A DNA stretch of 63,786 bases, counting the filler, from Nemertoderma westbladi (taxonomy: Eukaryota; Animalia; Xenacoelomorpha): assembly GCA_032718475.1 (NCBI GenBank). It is 3 parts of 3 records of this genome, joined end to end, with 100 filler letters (N's around TTAATTAATTAA, not from the genome) between each part and the next. Parts side by side here need not be neighbours in the genome. Positions count along the whole stretch, not along the records: positions 1 to 23,334 come from JAUCBJ010003136.1; positions 23,435 to 43,138 come from JAUCBJ010002795.1; 1 more part is not named here. One strand, written 5' to 3'. The translations under genes and the position numbers were made by a program. Below, piece after piece: positions 10,781 through 25,045 of the stretch; position 1 is the stretch's first letter, and each line of letters starts with the position of its first letter. The notes beneath the pieces were generated by a model, which searched no databases, was not told where the DNA came from, and saw only the letters and a list, made by a program, of their open reading frames with translations.

Positions 10781-13700
10781 TCTGGACGTCTTGTACCTCA
10801 TCACAATCTATTTCTATGATCCCCCAACTAATTCTGCTCTATATCTGATCTGGACGTCTTGTACCGCATCACATTCTAGTCACATGATCCCCCAACTAAT
10901 TCTGCTCTCTATCTGATCTGGACGTCTTGTACCGCATCACATTCTAGTCACATGATCCCCCAACTAATTCTGCTCTCTATCTGATCTGGACGTCTTGTAC
11001 CGCAGCACAATCTAGTTCTATGATCCCCCAACTAATTCTGCTCTCTATCTGATCTGGACGTCGTGTACCCCAGCACATTCTAGTTCTATGATCCCCCAAC
11101 TAATTCTGCTCTCTATCTGATCTGGACGTCTTGTACCGCAGCACAATCTAGTTCTATGATCCCCCAACTAATTCTGCTCTATATCTGATCTGGACGTCTT
11201 GTACCGCATCACATTCTAGTCACATGATCCCCCAACTAATTCTGCTCTATATCTGATCTGGACGTCTTGTACCGCAGCACAATCTAGTTCTATGATCCCC
11301 CAACTAATTCTGCTCTATATCTGATCTGGACGTCTTGTACCGCATCACATTCTAGTCACATGATCCCCCAACTAATTCTGCTCTATATCTGAGCTGGACG
11401 TCTTGTACCGCATCACATTCTAGTTCTATGATACCCCCCAACTAATTCTGCTCTATATCTGATCTGGACGTCTTGTACCGCATCACATTCTAGTCACATG
11501 ATCCCCCAACTAATTCTGCTCTCTATCTGATCTGAACGTCTTGTACCCCAGCACATTCTAGTTCTATGATCCGGTGATCCCCCAACTAATTCTGCTCTGT
11601 ATCTGATCTGGACGTCTTGTACCTCATCACAATCTATTTCTATGATCCCCCAACTAATTCTGCTCTATATCTGATCTGGACGTCTTGTACCGCATCACAT
11701 TCTAGTCACATGATCCCCCAACTAATTCTGCTCTATATCTGATCTGGACGTCTTGTACCGCAGCAAATTCTAGTTCTATGATCCCCCAACTAATTCTGCT
11801 CTCTATATGATATGGACGTCTTGTACCTCATCACAATCTAGTTCTATGATCCCCCAACTAATTCTGCTCTATATCTGAGCTGGACGTCTTGTACCGCATC
11901 ACATTCTAGTTCTATGATACCCCCCAACTAATTCTGCTCTGTATCTGATCTGGACGTCTTGTACCCCAGCACATTCTAGTTCTATGATCCGGTGATCCCC
12001 CAACTAATTCTGCTCTGTATCTGATCTGGACGTCTTGTACCTCATCACAATCTAGTTCTATGATCCCCCAACTAATTCTGCTCTATATCTGATCTGGACG
12101 TCTTGTACCGCATCACATTCTAGTCACATGATCCCCCAACTAATTCTGCTCTATATCTGATCTGGACGTCTTGTACCGCAGCACAATCTAGTTCTATGAT
12201 CCCCCCCAACTAATTCTGCTCTATATCTGATCTGGACGTCTTGTACCGCATCACATTCTAGTCACATGATCCCCCAACTAATTCTGCTCTATATCTGATC
12301 TGGACGTCTTGTACCGCAGCACAATCTAGTTCTATGATCCCCCAACTAATTCTGCTCTATATCTGAGCTGGACGTCTTGTACCGCATCACATTCTAGTTC
12401 TATGATACCCCCCAACTAATTCTGCTCTATATCTGATCTGGACGTCTTGTACCGCATCACATTCTAGTCACATGATCCCCCAACTAATTCTGCTCTCTAT
12501 CTGATCTGAACGTCTTGTACCCCAGCACATTCTAGTTCTATGATCCGGTGATCCCCCAACTAATTCTACTCTGTATCTGATCTGGACGTCTTGTACCTCA
12601 TCACAATCTATTTCTATGATCCCCCAACTAATTCTGCTCTATATCTGATCTGGACGTCTTGTACCGCATCACATTCTAGTCACATGATCCCCCAACTAAT
12701 TCTGCTCTATATCTGATCTGGACGTCTTGTACCGCAGCACAATCTAGTTCTATGATCCCCCAACTAATTCTGCTCTATATCTGATCTGGACGTCTTGTAC
12801 CGCATCACATTCTAGTCACATGATCCCCCAACTAATTCTGCTCTATATCTGATCTGGACGTCTTGTACCGCAGCACAATCTAGTTCTATGATCCCCCAAC
12901 TAATTCTGCTCTATATCTGATCTGGACGTCTTGTACCGCATCACATTCTAGTCACATGATCCCCCAACTAATTCTGCTCTATATCTGAGCTGGACGTCTT
13001 GTACCGCATCACATTCTAGTTCTATGATACCCCCCAACTAATTCTGCTCTATATCTGATCTGGACGTCTTGTACCGCATCACATTCTAGTCACATGATCC
13101 CCCAACTAATTCTGCTCTCTATCTGATCTGAACGTCTTGTACCCCAGCACATTCTAGTTCTATGATCCGGTGATCCCCCAACTAATTCTGCTCTGTATCT
13201 GATCTGGACGTCTTGTACCTCATCACAATCTATTTCTATGATCCCCCAACTAATTCTGCTCTATATCTGATCTGGACGTCTTGTACCGCATCACATTCTA
13301 GTCACATGATCCCCCAACTAATTCTGCTCTATATCTGATCTGGACGTCTTGTACCGCAGCACAATCTAGTTCTATGATCCCCCAACTAATTCTGTTCTAT
13401 ATCTGATCTGGACGTCTTGTACCCCAGCAAATTCTAGTTCTATGATCCCCCAACTAATTCTGCTCTATATCTGATCTGGACGTCTTGTACCGCAGCACAA
13501 TCTAGTTCTATGATCCCCCAACTAATTCTGCTCTCTATCTGATCTGGACGTCGTGTACCCCAGCACATTCTAGTTCTATGATCCCCCAACTAATTCTGCT
13601 CTGTATCTGACCTGGACGTCGTGTACCCCAGCACATTGTAGCCCAGCACATTGTACCCCAGCACATTGTACCCCAGCACATTCTAGTTCTATGATCCCCC

Positions 13701-14292
13701 AACTAATTCTGCTCTCTATCTGATCTGGACGTCTTGTACCCCAGCACATTCTAGTTCTATGATCCCCCAACTAATTCTGCTCTGTATCTGACCTGGACGT
13801 CGTGTACCCCAGCACATTCTAGTTCTATGATCCCCCAACTAATTCTGCTCTCTATCTGATCTGGACGTCGTGTACCCCAGCACATTCTAGTTCTATGATC
13901 CCCCAACTAATTCTGCTCTGTATCTGATCTGGACGTCTTGTACCCCAGTACAATCTAGTTCTATGATCCCCCAACTAATTCTGCTCTATATCTGATCTGG
14001 ACGTCTTGTACCCCAGTACATTCTAGTTACATGATCCCCCAACTAATTCTGCTCTATATCTGATCTGGACGTCTTGTACCCCAGTACAATCTAGTTCTAT
14101 GATCCCCCAACTAATTCTGCTCTATATCTGATCTGGACGTCTTGTACCCCAGTACATTCTAGTTACATGATCCCCCAACTAATTCTGCTCTATATCTGAT
14201 CTGGACGTCTTGTACCTCTGCACATTCTAGTTCTATGATCCCCCCCAACTAATTCTGCTCTATATCTGATCTGGACGTCTTGTACCTCTGCA
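10781..14292. repeat. Minisatellite, 68-bp unit, ~51 copies
   Basis: Unit TCTGGACGTCTTGTACCGCA(T/G)CACA(T/A)TCTAGT..ATGATCCCCCAACTAATTCTGCTCTATATCTGA; period 10781 to 10849. Confidence 0.98.
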
Positions 14293-14573
14293 CAATGGGT
14301 ATACAATGGGGTAAACCCACGCATGTACCGAAGTAAGTCTAATGGAAATTCATTAAAGACTTCATCTACCGAGAATCAAACTTATGTATTATGGTTCAGA
14401 ACATAATCTTGCCTTATTCTACGACCTACTAGAAGTAAATAGTTAGACCACTGGGGGGTGATGCAATGATTATACAGGGTTACAAATAATAATAAATAGT
14501 ATAAATAAATAAATATAAGTTGTAAAATAAGACACGAACAGCCAATACGTTATTAATATTAATATCAACTCAC

Positions 14574-17500
14574 CAATCCACGTATCATATCAATATTCTT
14601 TGTGAAAGTCTCTTTATCTGCGTTATTAACAACATGAGTGACGGTGATGAAGTCCAAGTTCTCGTTAGTTAAGATCGTGTTGAGTTTATCTTTCGTATCC
14701 GTGACTGCCTGTACAGCGTCCGGCTGAAACCGATATTAATAATTCAAGGGGAGGAGATATAAAACTGGCCGGAAGTTTATAGCGGTTTATAGCGCAGCTA
14801 CTACGCTGGTGAGAAAAATTAATATTTTACAGGAAATTTAAAATATCATCATACATAATCAAAATATTTGTTCTGAGCAGTACATACCTGATTAATGTGT
14901 AGTTAATTAGTTTAATTAATTAGTTTTATAAATAAATTGTAAGATTTTACAAAACGATTGATGATGTAATTTTTTTCAACATGGATCGGATAGAGAATAA
15001 TTTTCATACATTTAAAAACATTCCCAAACACAATCCAGAGATATAAAGCGTTTATTATTTCCCGCTACAGCTAACAGGCTGCTAATTGGTCTTTCATATT
15101 TTTATTAAAATAGTGTAATAGTATCAGGTGTTGGATTGTAAGGTTCACCTACAATATTGAAATTTAGCCTCATAAAAAGTACTTTAAGACAACCAACACC
15201 GACTTGGGTGGTGACAAACTGAATCGAACATTTAGATGACTTGAAGACAGAAAAAATATATAAAAAAAAAATAAAAGTGACAAACAGCTTCTCGGGTTTA
15301 AAATACTTCGCTGCTTACCGATAAAGATCGAACTATCGTATTGGGTAAACTGGCCAAACTCATCGTATCCATCGTCCTTAATTTATCTAAAGATTTAAAT
15401 TTATCTTTATCCTGAGATCCGAGGTCTGTATAAGCAGAGTTGACAAGGTCTACAACTGATTCCGTTCCTTTCAAACCTAAAGTAAGGAATACAGAGTAGA
15501 GAGAGATAGTATAATAGTTTAATCAACGTGCAGTTCATCAGTCTGCCGCTGGAGGGCAAAATGACTGAAACATCTGAAATTCTCTACAAATCACCGAGAA
15601 ATAAAACCAAACATTTATTTGACAACCAAACATGGTATTGGTATTATGTTGTCTGTAAATGTCTGAAATCTTACATGTATTGAGTGGGGCTTTCATGCGA
15701 AAAATGGGCAACTGAATACGTCTCGCGAAGTAGGACTACATGCGAAAGCCGCACTAGCGTTTTACTTACCGCTCAATAATGGAGGCAAATTAACTCCTCT
15801 CTTCTCTCCTAAACATAATAAATAAAGAATATTAAAAACTAGAATATGATCATGACTTAAAGGACCAACCACTGTAGAGTGCCGAATTGCACTCAAAAAG
15901 GTGTGGTAGAAAATCTGGAATGTGTGGTATCAAATTTGGAGATGGAGTTGTACAGGAAAGAAAGAATAGAGAGTACAGTACTAGAAAACCACACAGAGTG
16001 AGTCTAAAGGGATGGGAGTTGTACAGGAAAGAAAGAATAGAGAGTACAGTACTAGAAAACCACATAGAGTGAGTCTAAAGGGACGCGAGTTGTACAGGAA
16101 AGAAAGAATAGAGAGTACAGTACTAGAAAACCACATAGAGTGAGTGTAAAGGGACGCGAGTTGTACAGGAAAGAAAGAATAGAGAGTACAGTACTAGAAA
16201 ACCACATAGAGTGAGTGTAAAGGGACGCGAGTTGTACAGGAAAGAAAGAATAGAGAGTAAAGTACTAGAAAACCACATATAGTGAGTCTAAAGGGACGCG
16301 AGTTGTACAGGAAAGAAAGAATAGAGAGTAAAGTACTAGAAAACCACACAGAGTGAGTCTAAAGGGATGCGAGTTGTACAGGAAAGAAAGAATAGAGAGT
16401 AAAGTACTAGAAAACCACACAGAGTGAGTCTAAAGGGATGCGAGTTGTACAGGAAAGAAAGAATAGAGAGTAAAGTACTAGAAAACCACATAGAGTGAGT
16501 CTAAAGGGATGCGAGTTGTACAGGAAAGAAAGAATAGAGAGTAAAGTACTAGAAAACCACATAGAGTGAGTCTAAAGGGATGCGAGTTGTACAGGAAAGA
16601 AAGAATAGAGAGTAAAGTACTAGAAAACCACACAGAGTGAGTCTAAAGGGATGCGAGTTGTACAGGAAAGAAAGAATAGAGAGTAAAGTACTAGAAAACC
16701 ACATAGAGTGAGTCTAAATGGATGCGAGTTGTACAGGAAAGAAAGAATAGAGAGTAAAGTACTAGAAAACCACATAGAGTGAGTCTAAAGGGACGCGAGT
16801 TGTACAGGAAAGAAAGAATAGAGAGTACAGTACTAGAAAACCACATAGAGTGAGTCTAAAGGGATGCGAGTTGTACAGGAAAGAAAGAATAGAGAGTAAA
16901 GTACTAGAAAACCACATAGAGTGAGTCTAAAGGGATGCGAGTTGTACAGGAAAGAAAGAATAGAGAGTACAGTACTAGAAAACCACATAGAGTGAGTCTA
17001 AAGGGACGCGAGTTGTACAGGAAAGAAAGAATAGAGAGTACAGTACTAGAAAACCACATAGAGTGAGTCTAAAGGGATGCGAGTTGTACAGGAAAGAAAG
17101 AATAGAGAGTACAGTACTAGAAAACCACATAGAGTGAGTCTAAAGGGACGCGAGTTGTACAGGAAAGAAAGAATAGAGAGTACAGTACTAGAAAACCACA
17201 TATAGTGAGTCTAAAGGGATGCGAGTTGTACAGGAAAGAAAGAATAGAGAGTACAGTACTAGAAAACCACATAGAGTGAGTCTAAAGGGATGCGAGTTGT
17301 ACAGGAAAGAAAGAATAGAGAGTAAAGTACTAGAAAACCACATAGAGTGAGTCTAAAGGGATGCGAGTTGTACAGGAAAGAAAGAATAGAGAGTAAAGTA
17401 CTAGAAAACCACATATAGTGAGTCTAAATGGATGCGAGTTGTACAGGAAAGAAAGAATAGAGAGTACAGTACTAGAAAACCACATAGAGTGAGTCTAAAG

Positions 17501-20500
17501 GGATGCGAGTTGTACAGGAAAGAAAGAATAGAGAGTAAAGTACTAGAAAACCACATAGAGTGAGTCTAAAGGGATGCGAGTTGTACAGGAAAGAAAGAAT
17601 AGAGAGTAAAGTACTAGAAAACCACATATAGTGAGTCTAAAGGGACGCGAGTTGTACAGGAAAGAAAGAATAGAGAGTAAAGTACTAGAAAACCACACAG
17701 AGTGAGTCTAAAGGGATGCGAGTTGTACAGGAAAGAAAGAATAGAGAGTAAAGTACTAGAAAACCACACAGAGTGAGTCTAAAGGGATGCGAGTTGTACA
17801 GGAAAGAAAGAATAGAGAGTAAAGTACTAGAAAACCACACAGAGTGAGTCTAAAGGGACGCGAGTTGTACAGGAAAGAAAGAATAGAGAGTAAAGTACTA
17901 GAAAACCACACAGAGTGAGTCTAAAGGGATGCGAGTTGTACAGGAAAGAAAGAATAGAGAGTAAAGTACTAGAAAACCACATAGAGTGAGTCTAAAGGGA
18001 CGCGAGTTGTACAGGAAAGAAAGAATAGAGAGTAAAGTACTAGAAAACCACATATAGTGAGTCTAAAGGGACGCGAGTTGTACAGGAAAGAAAGAATAGA
18101 GAGTAAAGTACTAGAAAACCACATAGAGTGAGTCTAAAGGGATGCGAGTTGTACAGGAAAGAAAGAATAGAGAGTAAAGTACTAGAAAACCACATAGAGT
18201 GAGTCTAAAGGGATGCGAGTTGTACAGGAAAGAAAGAATAGAGAGTAAAGTACTAGAAAACCACATAGAGTGAGTCTAAAGGGACGCGAGTTGTACAGGA
18301 AAGAAAGAATAGAGAGTAAAGTACTAGAAAACCACATAGAGTGAGTCTAAAGGGATGCGAGTTGTACAGGAAAGAAAGAATAGAGAGTAAAGTACTAGAA
18401 AACCACACAGAGTGAGTCTAAAGGGATGCGAGTTGTACAGGAAAGAAAGAATAGAGAGTAAAGTACTAGAAAACCACATAGAGTGAGTCTAAAGGGACGC
18501 GAGTTGTACAGGAAAGAAAGAATAGAGAGTAAAGTACTAGAAAACCACATAGAGTGAGTCTAAATGGATGCGAGTTGTACAGGAAAGAAAGAATAGAGAG
18601 TAAAGTACTAGAAAACCACATAGAGTGAGTCTAAAGGGATGCGAGTTGTACAGGAAAGAAAGAATAGAGAGTAAAGTACTAGAAAACCACACAGAGTGAG
18701 TCTAAAGGGATGCGAGTTGTACAGGAAAGAAAGAATAGAGAGTAAAGTACTAGAAAACCACACAGAGTGAGTCTAAAGGGATGCGAGTTGTACAGGAAAG
18801 AAAGAATAGAGAGTAAAGTACTAGAAAACCACACAGAGTGAGTCTAAAGGGATGCGAGTTGTACAGGAAAGAAAGAATAGAGAGTAAAGTACTAGAAAAC
18901 CACATAGAGTGAGTCTAAAGGGACGCGAGTTGTACAGGAAAGAAAGAATAGAGAGTAAAGTACTAGAAAACCACATAGAGTGAGTCTAAATGGATGCGAG
19001 TTGTACAGGAAAGAAAGAATAGAGAGTAAAGTACTAGAAAACCACATAGAGTGAGTCTAAATGGATGCGAGTTGTACAGGAAAGAAAGAATAGAGAGTAA
19101 AGTACTAGAAAACCACACAGAGTGAGTCTAAAGGGATGCGAGTTGTACAGGAAAGAAAGAATAGAGAGTAAAGTACTAGAAAACCACATAGAGTGAGTCT
19201 AAAGGGACGCGAGTTGTACAGGAAAGAAAGAATAGAGAGTAAAGTACTAGAAAACCACATAGAGTGAGTCTAAAGGGATGCGAGTTGTACAGGAAAGAAA
19301 GAATAGAGAGTAAAGTACTAGAAAACCACACAGAGTGAGTCTAAAGGGATGCGAGTTGTACAGGAAAGAAAGAATAGAGAGTAAAGTACTAGAAAACCAC
19401 ACAGAGTGAGTCTAAAGGGATGCGAGTTGTACAGGAAAGAAAGAATAGAGAGTAAAGTACTAGAAAACCACATAGAGTGAGTCTAAATGGATGCGAGTTG
19501 TACAGGAAAGAAAGAATAGAGAGTAAAGTACTAGAAAACCACATAGAGTGAGTCTAAATGGATGCGAGTTGTACAGGAAAGAAAGAATAGAGAGTAAAGT
19601 ACTAGAAAACCACACAGAGTGAGTCTAAAGGGATGCGAGTTGTACAGGAAAGAAAGAATAGAGAGTAAAGTACTAGAAAACCACATAGAGTGAGTCTAAA
19701 GGGACGCGAGTTGTACAGGAAAGAAAGAATAGAGAGTAAAGTACTAGAAAACCACACAGAGTGAGTCTAAAGGGATGCGAGTTGTACAGGAAAGAAAGAA
19801 TAGAGAGTAAAGTACTAGAAAACCACATAGAGTGAGTCTAAAGGGACGCGAGTTGTACAGGAAAGAAAGAATAGAGAGTAAAGTACTAGAAAACCACATA
19901 GAGTGAGTCTAAAGGGATGCGAGTTGTACAGGAAAGAAAGAATAGAGAGTAAAGTACTAGAAAACCACATAGAGTGAGTCTAAAGGGACGCGAGTTGTAC
20001 AGGAAAGAAAGAATAGAGAGTAAAGTACTAGAAAACCACATAGAGTGAGTCTAAAGGGACGCGAGTTGTACAGGAAAGAAAGAATAGAGAGTAAAGTACT
20101 AGAAAACCACACAGAGTGAGTCTAAAGGGACGCGAGTTGTACAGGAAAGAAAGAATAGAGAGTAAAGTACTAGAAAACCACATAGAGTGAGTCTAAAGGG
20201 ATGCGAGTTGTACAGGAAAGAAAGAATAGAGAGTAAAGTACTAGAAAACCACATAGAGTGAGTCTAAAGGGACGCGAGTTGTACAGGAAAGAAAGAATAG
20301 AGAGTAAAGTACTAGAAAACCACATAGAGTGAGTCTAAAGGGATGCGAGTTGTACAGGAAAGAAAGAATAGAGAGTAAAGTACTAGAAAACCACATAGAG
20401 TGAGTCTAAAGGGATGCGAGTTGTACAGGAAAGAAAGAATAGAGAGTAAAGTACTAGAAAACCACACAGAGTGAGTCTAAAGGGACGCGAGTTGTACAGG

Positions 20501-22372
20501 AAAGAAAGAATAGAGAGTAAAGTACTAGAAAACCACACAGAGTGAGTCTAAAGGGATGCGAGTTGTACAGGAAAGAAAGAATAGAGAGTAAAGTACTAGA
20601 AAACCACATAGAGTGAGTCTAAAGGGACGCGAGTTGTACAGGAAAGAAAGAATAGAGAGTAAAGTACTAGAAAACCACATAGAGTGAGTCTAAAGGGATG
20701 CGAGTTGTACAGGAAAGAAAGAATAGAGAGTAAAGTACTAGAAAACCACATAGAGTGAGTCTAAAGGGATGCGAGTTGTACAGGAAAGAAAGAATAGAGA
20801 GTAAAGTACTAGAAAACCACATAGAGTGAGTCTAAAGGGACGCGAGTTGTACAGGAAAGAAAGAATAGAGAGTAAAGTACTAGAAAACCACATAGAGTGA
20901 GTCTAAAGGGATGCGAGTTGTACAGGAAAGAAAGAATAGAGAGTAAAGTACTAGAAAACCACATAGAGTGAGTCTAAAGGGACGCGAGTTGTACAGGAAA
21001 GAAAGAATAGAGAGTAAAGTACTAGAAAACCACATAGAGTGAGTCTAAAGGGATGCGAGTTGTACAGGAAAGAAAGAATAGAGAGTAAAGTACTAGAAAA
21101 CCACATAGAGTGAGTCTAAAGGGATGCGAGTTGTACAGGAAAGAAAGAATAGAGAGTAAAGTACTAGAAAACCACATAGAGTGAGTCTAAAGGGATGGGA
21201 GTACAGTTATAGTTGCGATAACAGTCGAGCAACCACGCACTAGAACACTTTGAATACATCAAAACCGAAACTTGGATAAATTAATATAAAAATCAATAAA
21301 ATAAAAAATAATGTAAAATTTAACGAAAATATCAACAAATACAATAAAATCAACTCGTTGAGGCGAATTTACATAAAATATCGCCTGTGTGGCGGTGACC
21401 AGCTGACTTACGGTTACTATGCAACGAATGGACCACATCGGTTGACACAATTAGTAGCATTCCATCTGCAGAGATAATAAAATCACTGAATGTACAATAA
21501 AAATGAAAGTATCAGCTACATTATATTAATTTATTTTTACTGGGATTAATTAGCCCAGCTGTTTGTTTATCTAAAGCCAAGTTAGTAACTACCGCGGGGG
21601 AACATCTGACGTAAAAGGCCACGCTAGCAGCAATGGGAACTTAATGATTCACTTACTTAATTATTTAATTAAAGTGTTTGTTGAACAATGATTTGAAAAA
21701 TAATAAAGGTAAATAAGCGGCGAACGGCGAACATAAAGGCAGCGCGCAATAAGAACTGTTGTGCGGCGTAATCTACAGTAATTAACTATAGGGGGGCCTA
21801 GCATTTCAACCACACGGCACCAGATGGTGCAGTGGACACAGATAAATATTATTACGGTTACATTACATATCGCATGAATTGTTGATTATCAGTTACAACA
21901 ATAAAAATCAATATTGTCACACTTATTATTCTTTATATCATATCACCATATCCAATCCATGTAATGAAAGATACATATTGGGTGCAATTTACCCCAATTT
22001 ATAGTTCAGCTAATGGCAGTTAGATATCGGTTTAATTGAAAAATTATTGTACGACAGTTAATCTGTTCTGTCCACGCCACGTAACCTAAACCACACTCAT
22101 CATATAGCCGTAAGAGTAAATACACAAACACTGCCCCCCACCCAAGTTACATATTAGCTTATAAATAAAGGGTGGTGAATAGTTAACACGTAATTTATAT
22201 TTAATATAATAATTATGTATATATTGTATATAGTAAATAATTTATTAATATATAGGCCTAATACAGCCAATCAGCCATGAAAGATGAACTTATATTTAGA
22301 AATATTTTACTTACACAAAAACAACCAAGCAACTAGGCTTTGGGCCGAGACCATGCCAATGTGTTTCTCCAT
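14574..22372 (-). CDS. Spliced gene for an uncharacterised secreted protein, exons 22372-22315, 21465-21412, 15476-15319, 14723-14574; 3' exons not resolved
   Basis: Canonical GT-AG sites with matching phases (1,1,0) and no stops. Product MEKHIGMVSAQSLVAWLFLYGMLLIVSTDVVHSLHSNRLKGTESVVDLVNSAYTDLG...PDAVQAVTDTKDKLNTIL...DMIRGL. Hydrophobic N-terminus resembles a signal peptide. Confidence 0.75.
15940..21203. repeat. Minisatellite, 71-bp unit, ~74 copies (intronic)
   Basis: Unit GAGTTGTACAGGAAAGAAAGAATAGAGAGTA(A/C)AGTACTAGAAAACCACA(T/C)AGAGTGAGTCTAAAGGGA(T/C)GC; period 16021 to 16092. Confidence 0.98.
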
Positions 22373-23334
22373 AGCTGAGGGATTCCTTGCGCACCTTCTA
22401 TCGGGGACTAACCAATACAATCACGCAGCCAGCCAACAAACCGTCGCCAATTAAGTGATTAAAATGCGAATTATAAATTATGATAAAATATATGATAAAT
22501 AAAAAGGTAGGACTAATAGAGAAGTCTAATACATAACAAATATCAATATATTACTGTACTTGATTAATCAGCTGTAAATTGCGTCGTTTTCCCCTGGAGA
22601 GGGATGACATTTTTATTGCGTTCAGAGTTACCCCCCCCCCCCCCCCCCCCCCCTCATATCCTCCGCCTACTATCAAATAATAATATTTTTAATAGGCCTA
22701 ATGAAAATATTATTTATTGTTGAACCAACTACCATGTCCTTTAATCCAAGGATAAGAATACATTTGATCTGGGTTTCAATTTCAACATTTCCCAAACCAT
22801 GGTTACAAGTTACTGTATAAGATAGACACTAACTACAGGTATCTACACAATTATAAGGGAAAAACTATCACGTCCTGTTTCCTGTTGATAGCCGCATTGA
22901 GAACTATTTTCGATTAACTATTTTCTCAACCATTTGAACACTTACCGCACAATATACATTATCACCTAGTCTATATAGAATAAATAATCCTAAACTAAAC
23001 GATATTATGTTTGTCTATAATACTAGTACTGTAGCAAGTAATAACTCTTTGCGTGATGATGTATAGAACACTACTGATCAATGGAATATATAGTTGCTAA
23101 TGGAACACTTTACATTATCCAGTAACAGCGTAAGGGATTATTGAAACTATTGGCTCTACCGGTAACCTACAAAGTAAAATGCCATTGAGAGAACTACGGA
23201 AGTAATATAATAAGTTTATACCGGTAGAGGATTTCGTATTACTTACTAGACTTTTTATTAAAAGTATTTCCTGTGTAGACGACAGATGGCCGATAAATTA
23301 CGTAACATTAATAACCGAAGGCGACGTGATTCAA

Positions 23335-23434
23335 NNNNNNNNNNNNNNNNNNNNNNNNNNNNNNNNNNNNNNNNNNNNTTAATTAATTAANNNNNNNNNN
23401 NNNNNNNNNNNNNNNNNNNNNNNNNNNNNNNNNN
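23335..23434. other. Artificial contig-join spacer
   Basis: 44 N + TTAATTAATTAA (stops in all frames) + 44 N. Confidence 0.97.
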
Positions 23435-24181
23435 CCTATACCGGAAATTCAGAGGTGGTTAAAACAGGTTTGATAACAAAATTAATAATTATACAATTAT
23501 TTCCGAATATTTTTAACAATAAGGCCAGCTAGAAAGAAAATAATAACATTAGATTACATTACACTAAAAATTAAATTAAACCAATAATAATTCAATTTAT
23601 TGCATCATAAAATATAGCCATTTATATTTCAATATAATAGATGTAACATTAAATATACATTAATTCAATTACATGTACACATACTGTATTACATTTACAA
23701 TTTATATTTATTATCTATAAGGTAAGAAATAAAATTTAATAATTATATACTATTTGAAAAAACTGCTTTCTCTCTAAAAGCTTTACAAATTTATTAGTGA
23801 AATAAAGTAACTTGTTTTCATTAAATTGCAAAATTATTGAAAATAAGTGTCTGATACCATTTGAAGGAAAGGAGCAGATTACAGAGGCTGCCGGCTTTTC
23901 TAACCAAAACAGTAAACGATATTTCGATAACGGAACAAGCTATGAACAAACAGACTTCAGATTTGGAATTCTGATGAAATGTTGCTCTAGATGAAATGCT
24001 GCTCCTTTCCCTAAATTGATAATTTAACTGAGGCGGGATATTAATTCGCCAAGATGGGATTTGCGTCCACTTCCCCTGTCTATATAAAGCTGTAAAAGTG
24101 CTAGATTATAAGACTTGAATTTAATCTTATAATAATTATTTCTTTAATAAATAATTAAATTATTGTCGGCCAAAATATACT

Positions 24182-24461
24182 CGCCCATGTGAAGAATTCC
24201 AGGATTTCACTTTTCGGTCGACTTTTTATTGGAATTTTATATATGAAGATTTTGTATTTTTTTTAATTTATCTTTATTAAGTGTTTTATAGCGCTAATTT
24301 CTGTCTTATAAGCTGTACATATACTAATTCGTTTATTGTTTTGGTTAGATTCAACCCGTCTGTAACCTGTGTTTTTTTGTGAAAACCTGATATTCTTCAC
24401 ATGGGGGTAACTGCAAAGTGAAATATAACGGCAGAAAGTCTGGTATTCTTCACATGGGCCT
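24182..24461. mobile_element. Short MITE, probably Mutator-like
   Basis: TIR GCCCATGTGAAGAAT / ATTCTTCACATGGGC, flanked by AAATATACT on both sides. Confidence 0.65.
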
Positions 24462-24744
24462 AAATATACTTATTAAAAATAATATAATTAAATTTATAAG
24501 AAAAATAATATCAGTATCATAAATAAATAAATAAATATACAGTATCATAAAAATCATTATTAAAACTTAATAAATTATTATTAATAAAATAATAATAGTA
24601 TTATTATAATTATATCAAATTATTAATAAATGTACATAGACGAACCCTAATTAAGTAGTTAAACACTTAATTTTCAAAACCAATTTATTACATAATAAAG
24701 CAATGATGCAATGTAAGCCCTGCCGTCTCGGGGTAGTTTATAAT

Positions 24745-25045
24745 GACTAATAAACTTCTAAATCTCTCCTGAATACTAATAGTAACATATACTGAAAACT
24801 GACTACTCTTAACAGGGGTAGGGGGTTAAAGGTGCCAGACAGGTAAGTATGGTGATAGCAAGCAGCCTTGGAAGTTGGAACTATCCAATATCCATCTGAG
24901 GCACCAATTAACTGCAGTAAGCCTATCAGGAATCTATAGACATCTACACAATGATTGGACCAAAGGCCGACCTTTACTAACATTAGTAAAGGTCGCATTG
25001 GGTTGGACACTGACTCATCCCTCCACTACTACTACTACTACTGTA
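24745..25045 (+). mobile_element. Probable 3' end of a non-LTR retroelement
   Basis: Stem-loop GACCTTTACTAA-CA-TTAGTAAAGGTC followed by an (ACT)n tail. Confidence 0.4.

Noticed and set aside
10781-21203. CRISPR-like arrays
   Set aside because: Units are whole tandem monomers with no unique spacers; no cas genes; eukaryotic context.
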